Source: Octopus vulgaris
Taxonomy: Eukaryota
Length of the DNA stretch: 64,000 bases
Direction of reading: 5' to 3'
NCBI GenBank assembly: GCA_951406725.2
Contig: OX597823.1
Coordinates: 73,098,001-73,162,000 of the forward strand
How positions within the stretch are numbered: position 1 is the first letter of the stretch; each line of letters opens with the position of its first letter. The position numbers and the translations under genes were made by a program. Positions 1 through 14,644 of the stretch are shown here, piece after piece. The notes under the pieces are model-generated. The model was not told where the DNA came from and did no database searches. It worked only from the letters and a program-made list of their open reading frames with translations.

Positions 1-41
<41 letters not shown>

Positions 42-696
42 GTGTGTTCGAGTGTGTATGACGGGGTTCTGCGCAAATTTAATCTACCAATCACAAGTCA
101 GATACTTGCTCAAGGGCATCTAACTGTTAATGACATGATTGGGGAAGGATATTCTTAATATCAAACCCATACCAATGAATGGCAAGTGCCAATAGCTATA
201 CAAGATTATCTTCCAGTTGCTATAATTTGGTCTTGTATTTGAAACGGTGTTCGATCTACTTCAGGTTATCATGAAATCCACTTCGTAATAAAAGTGTTAT
301 AGAATGGGGTGGGGTGCAATATCCAATATTTTCTTATATGATTATGAGTTTGATATTCGATTGCTAATATAATCTGTCACATTTTTTCTTAGTTATGGAT
401 GAGTGATCAGAGCTGATTTAACATATAATATTTCTCCATTTGACATTCGATACATGTTACAGCTCAGTGGCGTTGAAATGTCAGGCCGTATCGATGAACT
501 TCATTATTTTTAAGTTCAGCTTTATTGCAATTATTAGGTAAAACATTTTATACTCATTCCATTGTATGTGTACACACACATACAAAAAAACACATGCACA
601 CACACACACACATGCACGAACTCACACACACATACACACATGCATAAATATGTGTGAAAACATTCATGCACTAACAAATATATCTACATTCATAAA

Positions 697-1045
697 GGCG
701 GCGAGCTGGCAGAAACGTTAGCACGCCGGGCGAAATGCTTAGCAGTATTTCGTCTGCCGTTACGTTCTGAGTTCAAATTCCGCCGAGGTCGACTTTGCCT
801 TTCATCCTTTCGGAGTCGATTAAGTAAGTACCAGTTACGCACTGGGGTCGATATAATCGGCTTAATCCCTTTGTCTGTCCTTGTTTGTCCCGTGTGTATT
901 TAGCCCCTTGTGGGCAATAAAGAAATAAGAAAGGTTAGCACGCCGGGCGAATTTCGCCAAGGTCGACTTTTCTTTTCATCCTTTCGGGGTCGATAAATTA
1001 AGTACCAGTTGTGTACTGGGGTCGATCTAATCGACTAGCCCCCTA
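697..1045 (+). mobile_element. tRNA-derived SINE (MetaSINE/MESC-like core), full monomer plus partial second monomer
   Basis: tRNA-like head GGCGGCGAGCTGGCAGAA...GAGTTCAAATTCC (box B); core GCCTTTCATCCTTTCGGGGTCGATAAATTAAGTACCAG; tail ending AATAAAGAAATA; many copies in window. Confidence 0.85.
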
Positions 1046-3569
1046 CTAATGTACTAATGATTAATATCCCGTTTTATACTACTATTGTACTAATTTTTGA
1101 ACGTGTAAATTGTTTGTTTTATAAGAGTGTAGTTTCGCAGGTAAAATCATCTATGAATTCTTTACAAGACTGTCTTGAGTAACTTACACTATATAATATT
1201 ATTCGTTTTGTTAAAAATTTAATTACGTCTCTTAGTAACAATTCGATTAGATTCTCAAGCACTGTGTTTTATTTTTGGTATCTTAGTAATAAAAAGTGGC
1301 CTGCTTTGGTGATAATATATCACGTTTATTTCTTTAGTATTAAAGCTTTTAGCTATTACTATCAACTGGCTTTTTGCCTTATTTAACAGAATGATATGAA
1401 CGAAAAATCATACTGCAATATCAATGCTAATATGGTAGTCGCTGCTATAAGATCAACAGTAGCAGCACTAGTTTCCATTCAGTGTTGATTCTTCTTATTA
1501 TTCTTGTATCAAGCGTTTGTATCACTGCACAATCTACTATTGAGTGACAGACTCTGATACGCATTAAAGGAATGTAAAACATAGAGTAAATGAGCGAAAT
1601 CTTAGTGAATAGATTTTAAAGCATATTTATCCATTAAGTCGAAATTGTTGCTAGGGTAACAGCTGATGCTGGGGAGATATTATGGACTTTCATTTAAATA
1701 GAATACGACTTAACTCTCATCAATAACATTCAACAGATGAGAACCAATAGAATATCGATGGAATCTGCTTCAGTAACAGAACACAACTACCAAACAGAAC
1801 GATATAGAGCGATAATTGATTGCAGAAGTCCGTCAATAATGCGATATAATGAGCAAAATGTATTGCGATTACTACTACTTCTACCACTACGTAAATTATT
1901 GATTTTACTCTAGAAACAAGATCATTTTTTTTCTTTTTTTTTTAAGCGACAATTACACATTCGATTAAAATATCTTCGATGAATTTCTGACATCTTTTTT
2001 CTAATTTTTAAGAAAATACGTCTTTTGACGACAAGGCTGTTGATGTAAAGAGAGAAAATTAAACATTATAAATTGTCAACTTGCTGCCTTAACTAGCACT
2101 ATTTTTGATTTCTTAGATATCACCGGAGAGCTTAGAAAAATACAAAAGCTGCGATTTACATAACTTTTCCGTGACCATTATCAGAGTTAATAAAATAAAA
2201 TATATGATATAAGACTGCAATGGAGGCTCCATTATTTAGTATTATGTTTTTTGCTCTGCAACATTCAGCAGTTAAAAGCATCTTTATTGGGAGAGATGGC
2301 ATAGTCAATTGAATCGATCCCGTTATATTATAGGAATTTATTTTATTCTTCCTTTTCCGACGGGATCTATGCTCGTAATTTATAGATGCAAAATGAAGCA
2401 AAATAACGCAATTTAGTTTTACGAGTAAGTATTTCTGCCAAAGGCCACCCTTACAAGTGTAACAAATATTTGTGTGATCAGGGAAAATTTAAACCTACGG
2501 CAAAACACGCTAACAATCCAATTTCAACTCTGAGTTTAAGCTAATATATTTCACTAACATGAATATTGTCAAAAAGAATAGTGTTCAAAGCCAAACAATA
2601 TTAATCCCTTTAAATATGTATTACCTTTTGCCAATTACGTTATCAATAATAACTGCGATAATATAATAACAGAGCCATTACAAAACCACATGCGAAACTC
2701 TTCTATATATAATTACATAACTTTCTGTGGCAAAATAAGAAATTTTGCTTTGATCATTAGAACTGACAAGATGAATTGCTTAGTATAAATAAATAGGATT
2801 AGCATTCCCCCACCTATTGCTTCTAATATAAATGGAATAAATTATTTGGAAGCTGAGACCAGTAAGAATAAAAGAATATCAAAAAGATCACTGAAGAATA
2901 GCATGTATAAGAGAAACAGTAGTTGGCAGAAAACAAATGCAAATACGAACACATATACTTATACATACATCGTATATCTTATACATAAATGGCAATTTCT
3001 GCCTGTTACCATCTTGCTGCCTACACCAGTGAACAAATATTGGCGAAACTTTGCATACATGTTAAACTAACATCCAGTCCATTTATCAGCTAACTAGATT
3101 CCAATACAAATCTATATGGATGTTGGAGTATTATTTCATAAAATGACAAGCGCGCAAAAAGTGTTAGTGTGAGGGAAATGTGGTAGCATAATGAGTGTGG
3201 GTAATATCAGGGAAGAGGAGAACAGCGTTGCGTAGGCAACAAATATGGAGTGATAGTGGGGTGGTAAAGTTAATACAGATGTCAGTCACAGATGTACACG
3301 CGACGCTGCATACGTATAAGTAACGTTTAAAACGCCGAGGAAGAGAAACAAAGGTGAGGTGAGGAATACGTAGCTTTAATCAGAGACGTAGGTGGCTTTT
3401 TTGATGTCCATATAAATATATATATATATACATACATGTGTACATAAATACTACATACATACATATGTCTTCTATACACTATTCTAAACTTGTGATTAAC
3501 TTCGTGTACGTTTGTAGATGTGTGTGTATGTGTGTGTGTGTACGTGTGTGTGTGGATGTGTGTGTGTGC

Positions 3570-3613
<44 letters not shown>

Positions 3614-4177
3614 TTTCCTATAACTGTCTCTACTTTTGTAGGATCTTCCCTGTTGCTGTCACATATCGTGAAATTTTAAAATTATGTCAAAATTTTCAAA
3701 TTTGATATGTTGAAATAATTCAGGGTTAAATCCGATTTTGTTAATTATTTGTTCCTGAAATATAGGAGAAAATTGTTACTGAGGTTTAAAATTTAATCAA
3801 TTTTACTTAATCAGAAAACGGGATTTGGAAGCTAGCATTTTCAGCATGATAGCTGGCTATCACAAAATAAAATCAAAATCTTTACGAAGAGGATTTTCTA
3901 TTAAAAAAACTAAAGCAAAGTATTTCGACGACCAAAGTTGTAAGAACGTCTGAAGTATTAGTAAGTTTTGATGAATAAACGGTCGAATAGGCATACAAAT
4001 AATTGTAAAATAAAAAACAAATCCTCAGTGAAGTGTTTTTGCAATAAATTGCATAAATCTGTCCTGATCAAGAAATCTATCTGTCGGGGAAGGCATGGTC
4101 TGACATGAAATAAACAAAAAAAATTAGAGAAAACACTCTATTGTAAAACTGGTCAGCAACGCCATGCTGTTCAGCTA

Positions 4178-4220
<43 letters not shown>

Positions 4221-4328
4221 AGACGGGCTTCTTTCAGTTTTCGTGTAAAATATCCAATATATGTGTGTGTGTCTGTGTATGTGTGTGTGTGTTTGTACAG
4301 ATAGATAGACAGACAGATAGATAGATAT

Positions 4329-5106
4329 GTTTCTTTATTAGCCACACAGGGCTGCACACAGATAGAACAAATTACAAGGTAGAGCTTTTCTTTTGAATGT
4401 TTAAAAAAAAAAAAAAAAAAGGTAAGGGGGAGTTTCGATCAAAAGGGATCGTAAAAGGAGAGAAGGAGGACAAAAAAAAAGGGGGGTTAAAAAAAGGGGG
4501 AGAGGAAAAAAAAAAAAAAAAAAAAAAATTGATCAATAGGGATCGTTATCACAGAAATGTCAATATGAAGTGTAAAGGGGAGGACAGGTGAGGTTTACCC
4601 GTGGAAAGAAAAGCCTACGGAAAAGACCACGGTAACCTCGGTCAATGAAGTCACATTTTATATTTCTTTTTTTTTTTTTTTTTTTTTTTGCAAATAAGCA
4701 ACTCTCTGTTTTCGATTTCTGGGTTCATAGGACTATGCTCAAGGTGGCTTCGTCATTCATACGTGCCATTCTTGCTACATTCACCCATCTTTTTTTAAAA
4801 CATTCGCTAGACAAAACTTGCCTCTCTACTCTCACTTTCCTTTTCAAGTGGTACTTGAAGAAGTTGATGAGAGATTGACCAGAGAGGAAAGTGTTTGTCT
4901 CCAATCCTTTCAGACGCGTCCACCAGATACATTCTTTCGCCATAGCCACAAGGATGATGAAAATAGCTCTTCCTTCCCGTTTGAAGGAAGGAGGCGTGAC
5001 AATATTGACGATAGACTCAGCTGATAAACCGACTCGTCCCACACGTGACAGCAGTTGTTCGACATAAGCCCACAGGTCGGAAATTGTTGGACACTGAACG
5101 AGTGCG
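4329..5106 (-). mobile_element. 5'-truncated L1/Tx1-clade LINE (ORF2 C-terminus + 3'UTR) within (GATA)n
   Basis: Translation LALVQCPTISDLWAYVEQLL...KECIWWTRLK...FKKRWVNV resembles the L1/Tx1 ORF2 C-terminus; AATAAA near 3' end; GATA repeats on both sides. Confidence 0.75.
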
Positions 5107-5129
5107 AGATAGATAGATAGATAGATAGG

Positions 5130-5215
<86 letters not shown>

Positions 5216-6899
5216 TATAGATAGATAGATAGATAGATAGATAGACAGATAGATAGACTGGCAGATGTAGATATATAATATAAATATATACTTGTGTACG
5301 CACACACACATATATAACTATATATTATTCAAGTATCATTACATAGGAAGGAGTTTTACGTCTAATACTAGAGAAATTCGAGCCACGTTTGTTAGTTTAT
5401 TATCACTCAGTGCATCTAGTCTGTGTATTTGTTTCGATATCTTCAGTTATGGAACTCGTAATATTTATTCGTTTCACTTCTACTCTGTCGTTTCTATCAA
5501 TTTGTGTTCTGTGTTTTGACTAAAGACATTTCACCTTGTAGTGTACCAACCAGAGATACTTCAGAGTCATTTTTGTAATTCTCCAAATACATATAGTTTA
5601 ATATGTTACATGAATAATTTTTTGTGTGAAGCAAAATTATATTTGTTGCATTGAACAACAAAAATATCTTCGAACTGTTCTAAAATGCTTCTTAGAAGTA
5701 ATATGTATACACGGAATAAGTCAAACAAACGTCAGAGCGATATATTTCAAACAGTATCTAAACGCTGGGAGTATGTTTCGCTGTAAATTAGACATCTAAA
5801 GATGCAATGTAATGAACAAATACCATAATTGTAATGTAGTTTGTCACACAGTATATATTTAGGAGTATTATAGTCATTATTGCATAGAATGTTCAGTTGA
5901 CAGAAAATAGACAGAGAAAAGAACGTATTTGAATCCCGAAAGAGAATGAAACTTGTGTTTCAGACATTATACGACTGGGGACTTTGCATATGTTTCATAT
6001 ATTGAGCTTCACTTGACAGAAAATATTACCATCAACATGTCGTTTATCATCTAATGAGATATTGCAGATGATTTTCAGGAAACAATTTGTAAAATCAGAA
6101 TGAATGATATAAAATATTGCTAGCGCTTCTAAGTGATATTGAATATAGACTAATCCTGAAAGAATTTTATGGCTTTTATTGAGTGCGCCATTGACCTTCT
6201 AAGAGCACGGACACACGTAGCATCGAAATGACTCATGTACATCTAGAAATACTGCAAGTCGACAAATGTAAAAAAGATTATACTCAATGGTATGTGCTTA
6301 CCTGGAAATAGAGACAAAGGCAGTTTGATGATTTTTTTTTCGATGAATTGATGTGGAGGCCATTAGTTGTCACTAAATAGAGAGAACGTTGTAGTAGCAG
6401 TAGAAACATACAATCGAAGACCACAGTGAGTGAATATCTAGAGTAGTTTCGCATGTAACACCAGAGCTGACTTTGATGCAAATGAAAATCATTTGTTCGA
6501 GGTTGAAGAATTCTCTGGCTTCAAAGAGAGAAGTTAATCAGTCTAAGCGTAACACGAAATAGCAAAACTTCCTCTGAGTAAACATTATGCATTTCCAGAG
6601 AAGCCTGGGTATATCCTTAAAGGGCATACCAACACCAACCAGGAAGACTTATCTTGAATTGATACATCTAGAAATCATCGCCCTATTCGGTCTGACTTCA
6701 TTATTATACACTATTCGACTATAGAGTCAGCACAAATTAACCAATCTGGAGTCCATTTATACAGCAGATACTCTAATAAGACTGACTCCATTTATACATA
6801 TACTATAACAAGAGTTTGGAGTGATTTGTTCTATTCGACGGGAGTCGAAAATTCCGATCAGATGCAACGCTTCTAAGCATAACACAGAATATCAACACA

Positions 6900-7518
6900 C
6901 CCTAGCTGATTAAACATTGTCAGATCGTTCATTTTTAGGTTTTATTGTTAAAAATGCACACTTACATTCACCAAATTTCATCCCAATCTCAGCGAAAGAT
7001 TGGATGATGAAGTACCCAGTATCATAGAAGCCATAGCCACTCATAATAAAAGGGAGTACTGGTGGTATATCCCAGTGAAAAACTCGATAAAATGTAAACA
7101 AAATTGAACTGATAAAGGATTTGAGATAGAGAAGAGAAACTATGCATAGTTGAGGAAATTAGCTGCCCAGCGGATGTTAACGTAAAGCTGAAGATCAGTG
7201 AAAAAGAGAACACCTACGCTGACCTATTGAGTAATCTGCAGTTACTTTATCCAGATTACAAGTTCAGGTTTATAGCTGTAATTATTGTGGTACTGGGATA
7301 TGAAACATTCTGCCTAAATACCAATCTTAAGAAATTAGGCTTCACAAAACTAGAAATGAGAAAGCTAATTCGAAGACTACAGATACAATCCATCACTGGA
7401 ACTGTAAAAATCTGTAAAACTTCCCAGAAGTTTATCATTTAAATGTGTATGAGCATGTCTAAATTTATAAGTATATGCATACGAGTAATACGTAAAACAT
7501 GCAAATCTGCACGTCTGC

Positions 7519-7520
<2 letters not shown>
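6900..7520 (+). mobile_element. R4/Dong-type LINE 3' fragment (REL endonuclease region)
   Basis: DREEKLCIVEEISCPADVNVKLKISEKENTY...IQSITGTVKICKT; 3' part near-identical to 9090-9430; followed by (TAGA)n. Confidence 0.75.
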
Positions 7521-7608
<88 letters not shown>

Positions 7609-7681
7609 TGATAGATAGATAGATAGATACATACATACATACATACATACATACACACATACATATATATATATATATAAA

Positions 7682-7732
<51 letters not shown>

Positions 7733-7797
7733 TACATACATACATATATACATACACATACATACATATATAAATAAATACACACATACATATATAC

Positions 7798-9570
7798 TGC
7801 TACGAAAAATCGAAGCAAAATCCGCTGTTGGCTATATGAATCGATTGAAATCATATTGGGATGATCTGCATTCAGAATTAAATCATTTTACTGCGAAGAA
7901 ACTATGCCAACAAGCAAAATTGGTAGAACATAGACAGAAGGTTAGTAACTGTAACTTTATTAAAATATCGAAAATTAAAATTCTTTCCAACGCTATAAAC
8001 AAAAATGATAACGTGCATTATATAAGACTACTACGTCGTTTCGCAGCTAGCGACATTCCAACAGATTTCATACTGCCTACCCGCGAAACTACATTACTAG
8101 CCCAAGCAACTGACCACTGTCTACCTGCTACGACTGTAGGCACAATCACAACGGTTATTGTAGTGGTAATGGTAGTCCGGATTATATGCCGGTGAAATGT
8201 GCCCTTACTGAAATTTCCCGAGAAAAAAAAAATTTGGCTTTGAAGTACTCCCTCGAGGAGAGAGTATTCTCTACCAAAGTAAGTAAGTAAAAACAAAACA
8301 CCAGATACTGTATTAAAAGCGGTTAACGAAATTGGTGATGAGTATTTACAACAGTGTGATGAACCCACATGCTGGCAGATTAAGACCTGTCTATATGCTC
8401 TGGCTACCACTGTAAAGCAATGCTTAAATGATATTCAGAAAGTAAGCAAAACCGAAATAGCAAAGAAAGACTCACGTTAAGGAAGTCTAAGGATATCTCA
8501 CTGGTTCACAAAAATACCAATATAACACAGTTCTTTGTGGATGGCTTATAACTTTTTGCAAAGTATATGCATGAGATGAAAAAGATCCTTGACCTAGTTA
8601 CAACATTCTCCAAGGTTGGTCAGGATAAATGGTGTATGGTTGTGAAAAGGAGGAAAACTATAAACAAGACTAGTAGCGTCTCCATCAATGATTTTACTGT
8701 TTTCCCTGTATCTGAACGGTAATGTTACAGGTACGTAGGGTTGGATGAAAATATATCTTACAATGCCACCTGTGAAAAAACACGTGTCACTAAAAAATAT
8801 TACAGCCGAATAAAGAAAATTTGGACCTCAGAGCTCTCTGCACTCAATAAAACAGCAGTCCACAATGCGTTTGCAGTGCCAGTACTCATACCAACATTTG
8901 GATTGCTTGATTGGACGCTTGATGAGATCCGAACCATTGATGTGAAAACCCGAAAAATACTAACAAACACACATAATATCCACATAAACAGTGACGTAGA
9001 CAGTCCCTACCTAAAACGAAAACAAGGCGGCAGAGGCTTAACGTCGATCCAAAATGCCTTTGAATGTCGCATCATATCCCTTCAGCAACATGTTAACATA
9101 AAGCGGAAGATCAGTGAAAAAGAGAACACCTATGCTGACCTATTGAGTAATCTGCAGTTACTTTATCCAGATTGCATGTTCAGGTTTACACCTGTAAATA
9201 TTGGGGTACTACTATATGTAACACACTGCCTAAATATCAATCTTAGGAAATTAGGCTTCTCAAATCTAGAAATAAGAAAGCTAATTCGAAGACTACAGAT
9301 ACAATCCATCACTGGCACTGTAAAAATCTGTATAACTTTCCACAAGTTTATCATTTAAATGTGTATGAGCATGTCTAGATATGCAAGTATATGCATTAGA
9401 ATACATACATAAAACATAAAAATCTGCACATACATACATACATACATACATACATACAAACAACAATACCCTGCTGCTGATGTTGAAATTCCAATGAAGG
9501 AGTCTTGGATGTAAGTTAGAAACCAGATCTTTGTCTCCGGCAAGAAATCTTGAAATAAAATACATAAGTA
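7798..9570 (+). mobile_element. Internally deleted R4/Dong-type LINE (N-terminal, RT/thumb and C-terminal remnants)
   Basis: Degenerate YxDD (FFVDGL), YRYVGLDE, WTSELSALNK...NAFAVPVL...DVKTRKIL...YLKRKQGGRGL typical of the R4/Dong clade; stops and deletions. Confidence 0.8.
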
Positions 9571-9580
9571 GACGGGCGGC

Positions 9581-9664
<84 letters not shown>

Positions 9665-10464
9665 TAGATAGATAGATAGATAGATAGATAGTAAACAGTT
9701 GTTCATTGAAATACAAGTTCATTATTCAGAAATATAAGATCAACTTGCATTATATGTACCTTCACTTCTCTACCATACATCCTCTCACACTCATACATCA
9801 TCCCCGACCCTCTTCATAATTCTCCACCCGTTTTTCTCATTTCCTCATCGAATTACTTAACCATCCTTTTTTCCCTCTTCAAAGAGTTAATATACATACA
9901 TTTTTCCTCTTGCTCTTTTCTCATCATTAGAATTTTGGAAACCATCAGCTTCTCCGGAAAACACAAAATGTACTCCACTTTCATAACATTGATTCTTCAA
10001 CGTTAATTTTCCAGTCATTGATCACCGATTATATGCAGAAACATGCTCTACTTGAACTATGGATGTAAAGAGAGATATTCTATGTATATTTTTCTTGTAA
10101 CTGATACAATATAAAATTATTATCCGTTGCTATCTTCCATAACACATGTAGTATACTCAGTGCAGTTCGAAGGTATTTAAAAGAATTTTAAAAAGTTAAA
10201 TATAAGAAGAAAGTTTTTAAATAAAATCTTATTCATTTTGCCCTGTTAATTAAAACAGATTACTTATCGAAGAGTATAATTATGACATGCAACATATGCT
10301 GAATTATAATTCGTGTGGAGTTCCTGGATTTTTAGCAAATACCGTTGTATCAGGTGCTGATATAAAGTACAAACACGTCTAAAATTGTATTTTATGAATC
10401 ATTGTTTCTTTTTTTCTGTCTCTATCTTTCTCTCCCTCTCTTTGCATACTCACACACACATGCA

Positions 10465-10532
<68 letters not shown>

Positions 10533-10536
10533 AGTG

Positions 10537-10567
<31 letters not shown>

Positions 10568-10599
10568 AATTATATATATTTATATATATATAAATATAT

Positions 10600-10767
10600 A
10601 CTTAGTTCCATTTGAAAAATCCACCAGAATGGACGAAAGCGCTATTAAATATGATATATGATATAAGTTATATGTAATATACTAATAAATATCCGTAAAC
10701 ATAAAACCATCCGAATTTGTGAGTACCTTATGTCTTCTAATATAAAATACCTGTACATCATCTCCAA
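10600..10767 (+). mobile_element. Probable PLE 3' end (pLTR) remnant with truncated hammerhead
   Basis: TCCATT...AATGGAC-GAAA-GCGC-TA (stem II, GAAA, palindromic stem III) with no CTGANGA; flanked by TA-rich repeats. Confidence 0.45.
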
Positions 10768-10785
10768 TATATATATATATATATG

Positions 10786-10857
<72 letters not shown>

Positions 10858-11960
10858 TATAAACTTGCAAACATATATGTGTATGTGTAGTTAGGTAGCT
10901 AGCTAGCTAGGTATTATGTATATTTCATAAATGTTATAGCGGAGTGTGAAATATTCTTAATTGTTAATTAAGACAGTCTCATTTCTTTGAATTTTCAATT
11001 TTAAACGGAGGACTAATTACTAAAAAGAATTGGAAATTAATTTTTAATAAACAAAACCGAACAAATATTTAATAAATTGCGTAACATACTACTTTCTGGC
11101 ACAATTGACTTTTGCCGGATACATTTTCATTTTCGTATTGAAAATATTGATGGATATTTCATTAATCGAACAACATATTCGAATGTTTTCTTTTTTCTTT
11201 TTGTATTTATTTACAAGTAGTCTGCTGAAGTTAATGACTGAATTTCAATAACAGTCTGACGTGTTGATGTTTTGGCGTATTGAAAAATATTTGTAAAATA
11301 TTTGAAAAATATTTGTATAATAGAATTCCTACATACCACAAATATCTCATTCAATTTACATTGGTCATCAATGTAATTTCAAGACAAAGTCTCACTCTTG
11401 CAACACTGTTAATCTCTAACAAATTTTCTCTTTCGATTAACATGAAATTGAAGAAAGTTGTCTATAACGAATATGATACACTTTAGAACCTTTTGCACGA
11501 CTTCATACGAGGTGTCCTATTTAAAATATTTTGTAGAGAAATCATTTGAAATCGTTAGTTAATAACAAAAAAAAAACAAGTTGTTTTATGTTTCGCTCAA
11601 GAAAAAGTAATGACAAAATCGTGATACGAATAGTTAGTTGTTTCAACAATATTATACAATAGTATTCTATTATATAACATGCTATGAAGTATACTGCATA
11701 ATAAAGACGACAAGGCGTATCCAATATTGAAAAACTCTATATAATTTCCTTTCAATTTTTGAAAATTTGAAATACATTTTTCTCAGTTCCATACAGAGAA
11801 TAATGTAATTTCAAATGCACACGAAATTTCTTTATGCACATATATTAATATACATGAAAGTAATTGTAAATGAAAATATTGTCAAGCTGTAAAAGCGTAC
11901 TCGTACATGTCTTCCATTCGTACTCTCCCTTTATGCTTTCTTTATTCACCTGCATGTGAA

Positions 11961-12300
11961 GGCGCATGGCTCAGTGGTTAGAGCGTCGAGCTTACGATCG
12001 TGAGGTTGTGAGCTCGAATCCCGGACCGGGCTGCGTGTTGTGTTCTTGAGCAAGGCACTTTATTTCACGTTGCTCCAGTTCACTCAGCTGTAGAAATGAG
12101 TTGCGACATCACTGGTGCCAAGCTGTATCGGCCCCTTTGCCCTTCCCTTGGATAATATCAGTGGTGGGGAGAGGGAAGGCTGGTATGCATGGGCGACTGC
12201 TGGTCTTCCTTAAACAACCTTGCCCGGACTTGTGTCTAGGAGGGTAACTTTCTAGGTGCAATCCCATGGTCATTCATGACCGAAGGGGGTCTTTACCCCC
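11961..12300 (+). mobile_element. tRNA-derived SINE with CORE-like central domain
   Basis: GGCGCATGGCTCAGTGGTTAG (box A)...CTCGAATCCC (box B), then GTGTTCTTGAGCAAGGCACTTTATTTCACG; related copy at 46438. Confidence 0.8.
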
Positions 12301-12599
12301 TTTATTCACCTGCATTGCCTTTCTTCTTTCAATCCTTACACGTTCATCAACTTTGTCGATTACTCGTCCTCATCCGATAACTGATAGAAAAGAGAGGGAG
12401 ATGATAAATAAAGCGGTGTGACTGATTGACACCTTGAAATAAAAAAAGAAGTAAATGATAAATATGTAAAATACACAAGATGCACGTAAAGCTTAGGATC
12501 TTTCGGCCTTCATTGTACCTAACGGTAGATTCAAAGCTTGAAGGTGACAATTCATCTTCAATTTTAGAGTGTTGGTTTGTATCTTTGTGGGTACGTTCT

Positions 12600-12961
12600 T
12601 TTATATTTTAATTCTTTAATTGCTTCAGTTATTTGACTGCGGTCATGCTGAAGTAACGCCTTTAGTCGAACAAATCGATCCCCAGTTATCAAGCGATGAT
12701 GGGGAGACAAACACAGACACACAAGCATACACATACACACACACACACATTCACATACACATATATATTTTTTTTTCATAGCATTTTTTCGATGGCCCGA
12801 TGACTGAAAAGATGCCGGCGTGGGTTTCCGCCCCGACATCCGAAACTCGGAGTTTTATCGTGGCTACCGAATAATTTTCACATATTATATTTACAGATAA
12901 ATTCCTCTATTTACATAATATCGAGGTCTCTTTCATTCTTTTGTTGTCTTGCCATTTCTAT

Positions 12962-13007
<46 letters not shown>

Positions 13008-13100
13008 TTTCCGTCTACCAAATCCACCCACAAGACTGGGCTGATCCCAGAACCATGCAGTTGGGAAGCAAGCTTCTTACTATACAACTGTGCCTTGCGC
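12600..13100 (-). mobile_element. tRNA/CORE-type SINE (microsatellite-containing family), interrupted by a PLE fragment
   Basis: Reverse complement of the 14645 family: tail at 12610-12730, head at 13005-13100. Confidence 0.7.
12793..12866 (+). ncRNA. Degenerate type I hammerhead ribozyme in a PLE pLTR remnant (~12770-12963)
   Basis: Stem I CGATGA/TTATCG, core CTGAAAA, stem II GATGCCGG/CCGACATC, GAAA, stem III CTC-G-GAG, then TT. Confidence 0.6.
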
Positions 13101-14644
13101 ATATATTTTTTCTGGACTGGGTTGAATAATTCATTGAAGATGTGTATAGTTTTATGTATCTGCATGCATGTTTATTCGGGTGAGTGTACGAAGAAGTACG
13201 GCTGTGTGTATGCGTGAGAGAGAGAGAGAGAGTGAGAAAGAGAGAGAGAGAGAAAGAAAGAGAAAGTGAGAAAGTGCGCATATATTAATATCTGGGTGGT
13301 ATAAGTTGAGATTTACATTTGGCATGTATTTGTGTTAGTGTGTGACGTGAAATCTATTCAAAGATGCATATAGTGTATTTTTGTGTCTGTACGTATAAAA
13401 CGATCTTTTCATTGATGTTTATATAGTCCTGAAATTTTTATTATGTATATTGTCTTACTCTTTTTTCTGTCACATTTTGATCTTTTATTAATATTTCTTC
13501 TACATTCATGTGTAACTCTCTGATCTATACATATTTGTCTTCGTTTAAGATGACGCATATAAGGACGGATTGCATCTTTGTATGAAATACATACACGTAT
13601 ATACAAACGCACACAATCACGCACTCACACACAAACACACATACAAACACGCTCTCACACACACATATACACATACGGTTTTACGCATACTTTATGTATG
13701 TACAAAGTACGTTTGTATATACATATAGTAACACACACAAACACATACACCTATGTGCGTGTATTCATGTATATATATATAAAATATATATCAATCCGTA
13801 TATAGTACCCAACGTGTTTATATATATTTACTGATTTATAAAAAGGCAATGACTAAGTAGTCATAAATGTCACATATACCTGGTGGGAACTATCACAAAC
13901 TGAAAATCTCAGGGTGCACAGTTTTTTTTACGACTTGCCTTTTTCTGTTCACTTTTTGATGCACCTTATAATCTTCTTGCTGAGATATTCTATTTTTTTC
14001 TTATCTCCAACCACCACTAAACCATATTGACCTTTATATTATTTTGCTAAAATACCACATCTCATTACAACCGTTGATTAATTCTAGCCATCAATAATAA
14101 TTTCGTTGCTATTATGTTAAACTGTCGTATGTCTTAATTTGGCCAAATGCGTTTCTTTAAATATTTATTTTTTCTTGCAACATCCGGTTATTTTGGTCAA
14201 ACTATAGTATCTCCAGTTGCTTCAGATGCCAAAATACAAAAAAATCTCCAAGTGTAGTACAACAGTTTTGCTAAGGAATGCTGAAACTATTTTCTTGTTT
14301 TCTAAAAAGGCAACGTTTTGGACTTACTACACTTTTGCATAATAACAACGATTTATAGAAAATATTGAAAATCATGTACGTTCCGGGAGTCAAAAAACAC
14401 GCTCGAAAATATATATCCCGCATACTAGAAAATCTGCCCCTCAAACAGGGTGAACTGTTTATGCTGAATTCTGCTTCAAGAAAATCGAATCTAACCAACA
14501 GAATTTTACTAAAATTCTATTGAAAGCAAGACCTATAACACATCTAGAATTCTTTGCCGATATGACAGAGATTTGTAAGCACAAGATACTAGCTTCAAAC
14601 TTGGTAATACATCATAAAGCCTGCGACTGTTTAGATAACGTATA

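Noticed and set aside
2118-2424. Possible exon (AG...GTAAGT) or the 81-aa minus-strand ORF
   Set aside because: Frames checked contain stops and the ORF has no recognisable homology; such splice motifs arise by chance
4397-4591. Lys-rich ORF
   Set aside because: Antisense reading of poly-T tracts in the Tx1 3'UTR
9480-9545. Hammerhead-like text (CCAATGAAGGAG...GAAACCAGATC) in the Dong 3' region
   Set aside because: Core does not match CUGANGA or a covariant, and the stems pair poorly
11961-12035. tRNA gene
   Set aside because: tRNA-like head continues into a SINE body; no proper acceptor stem or terminator
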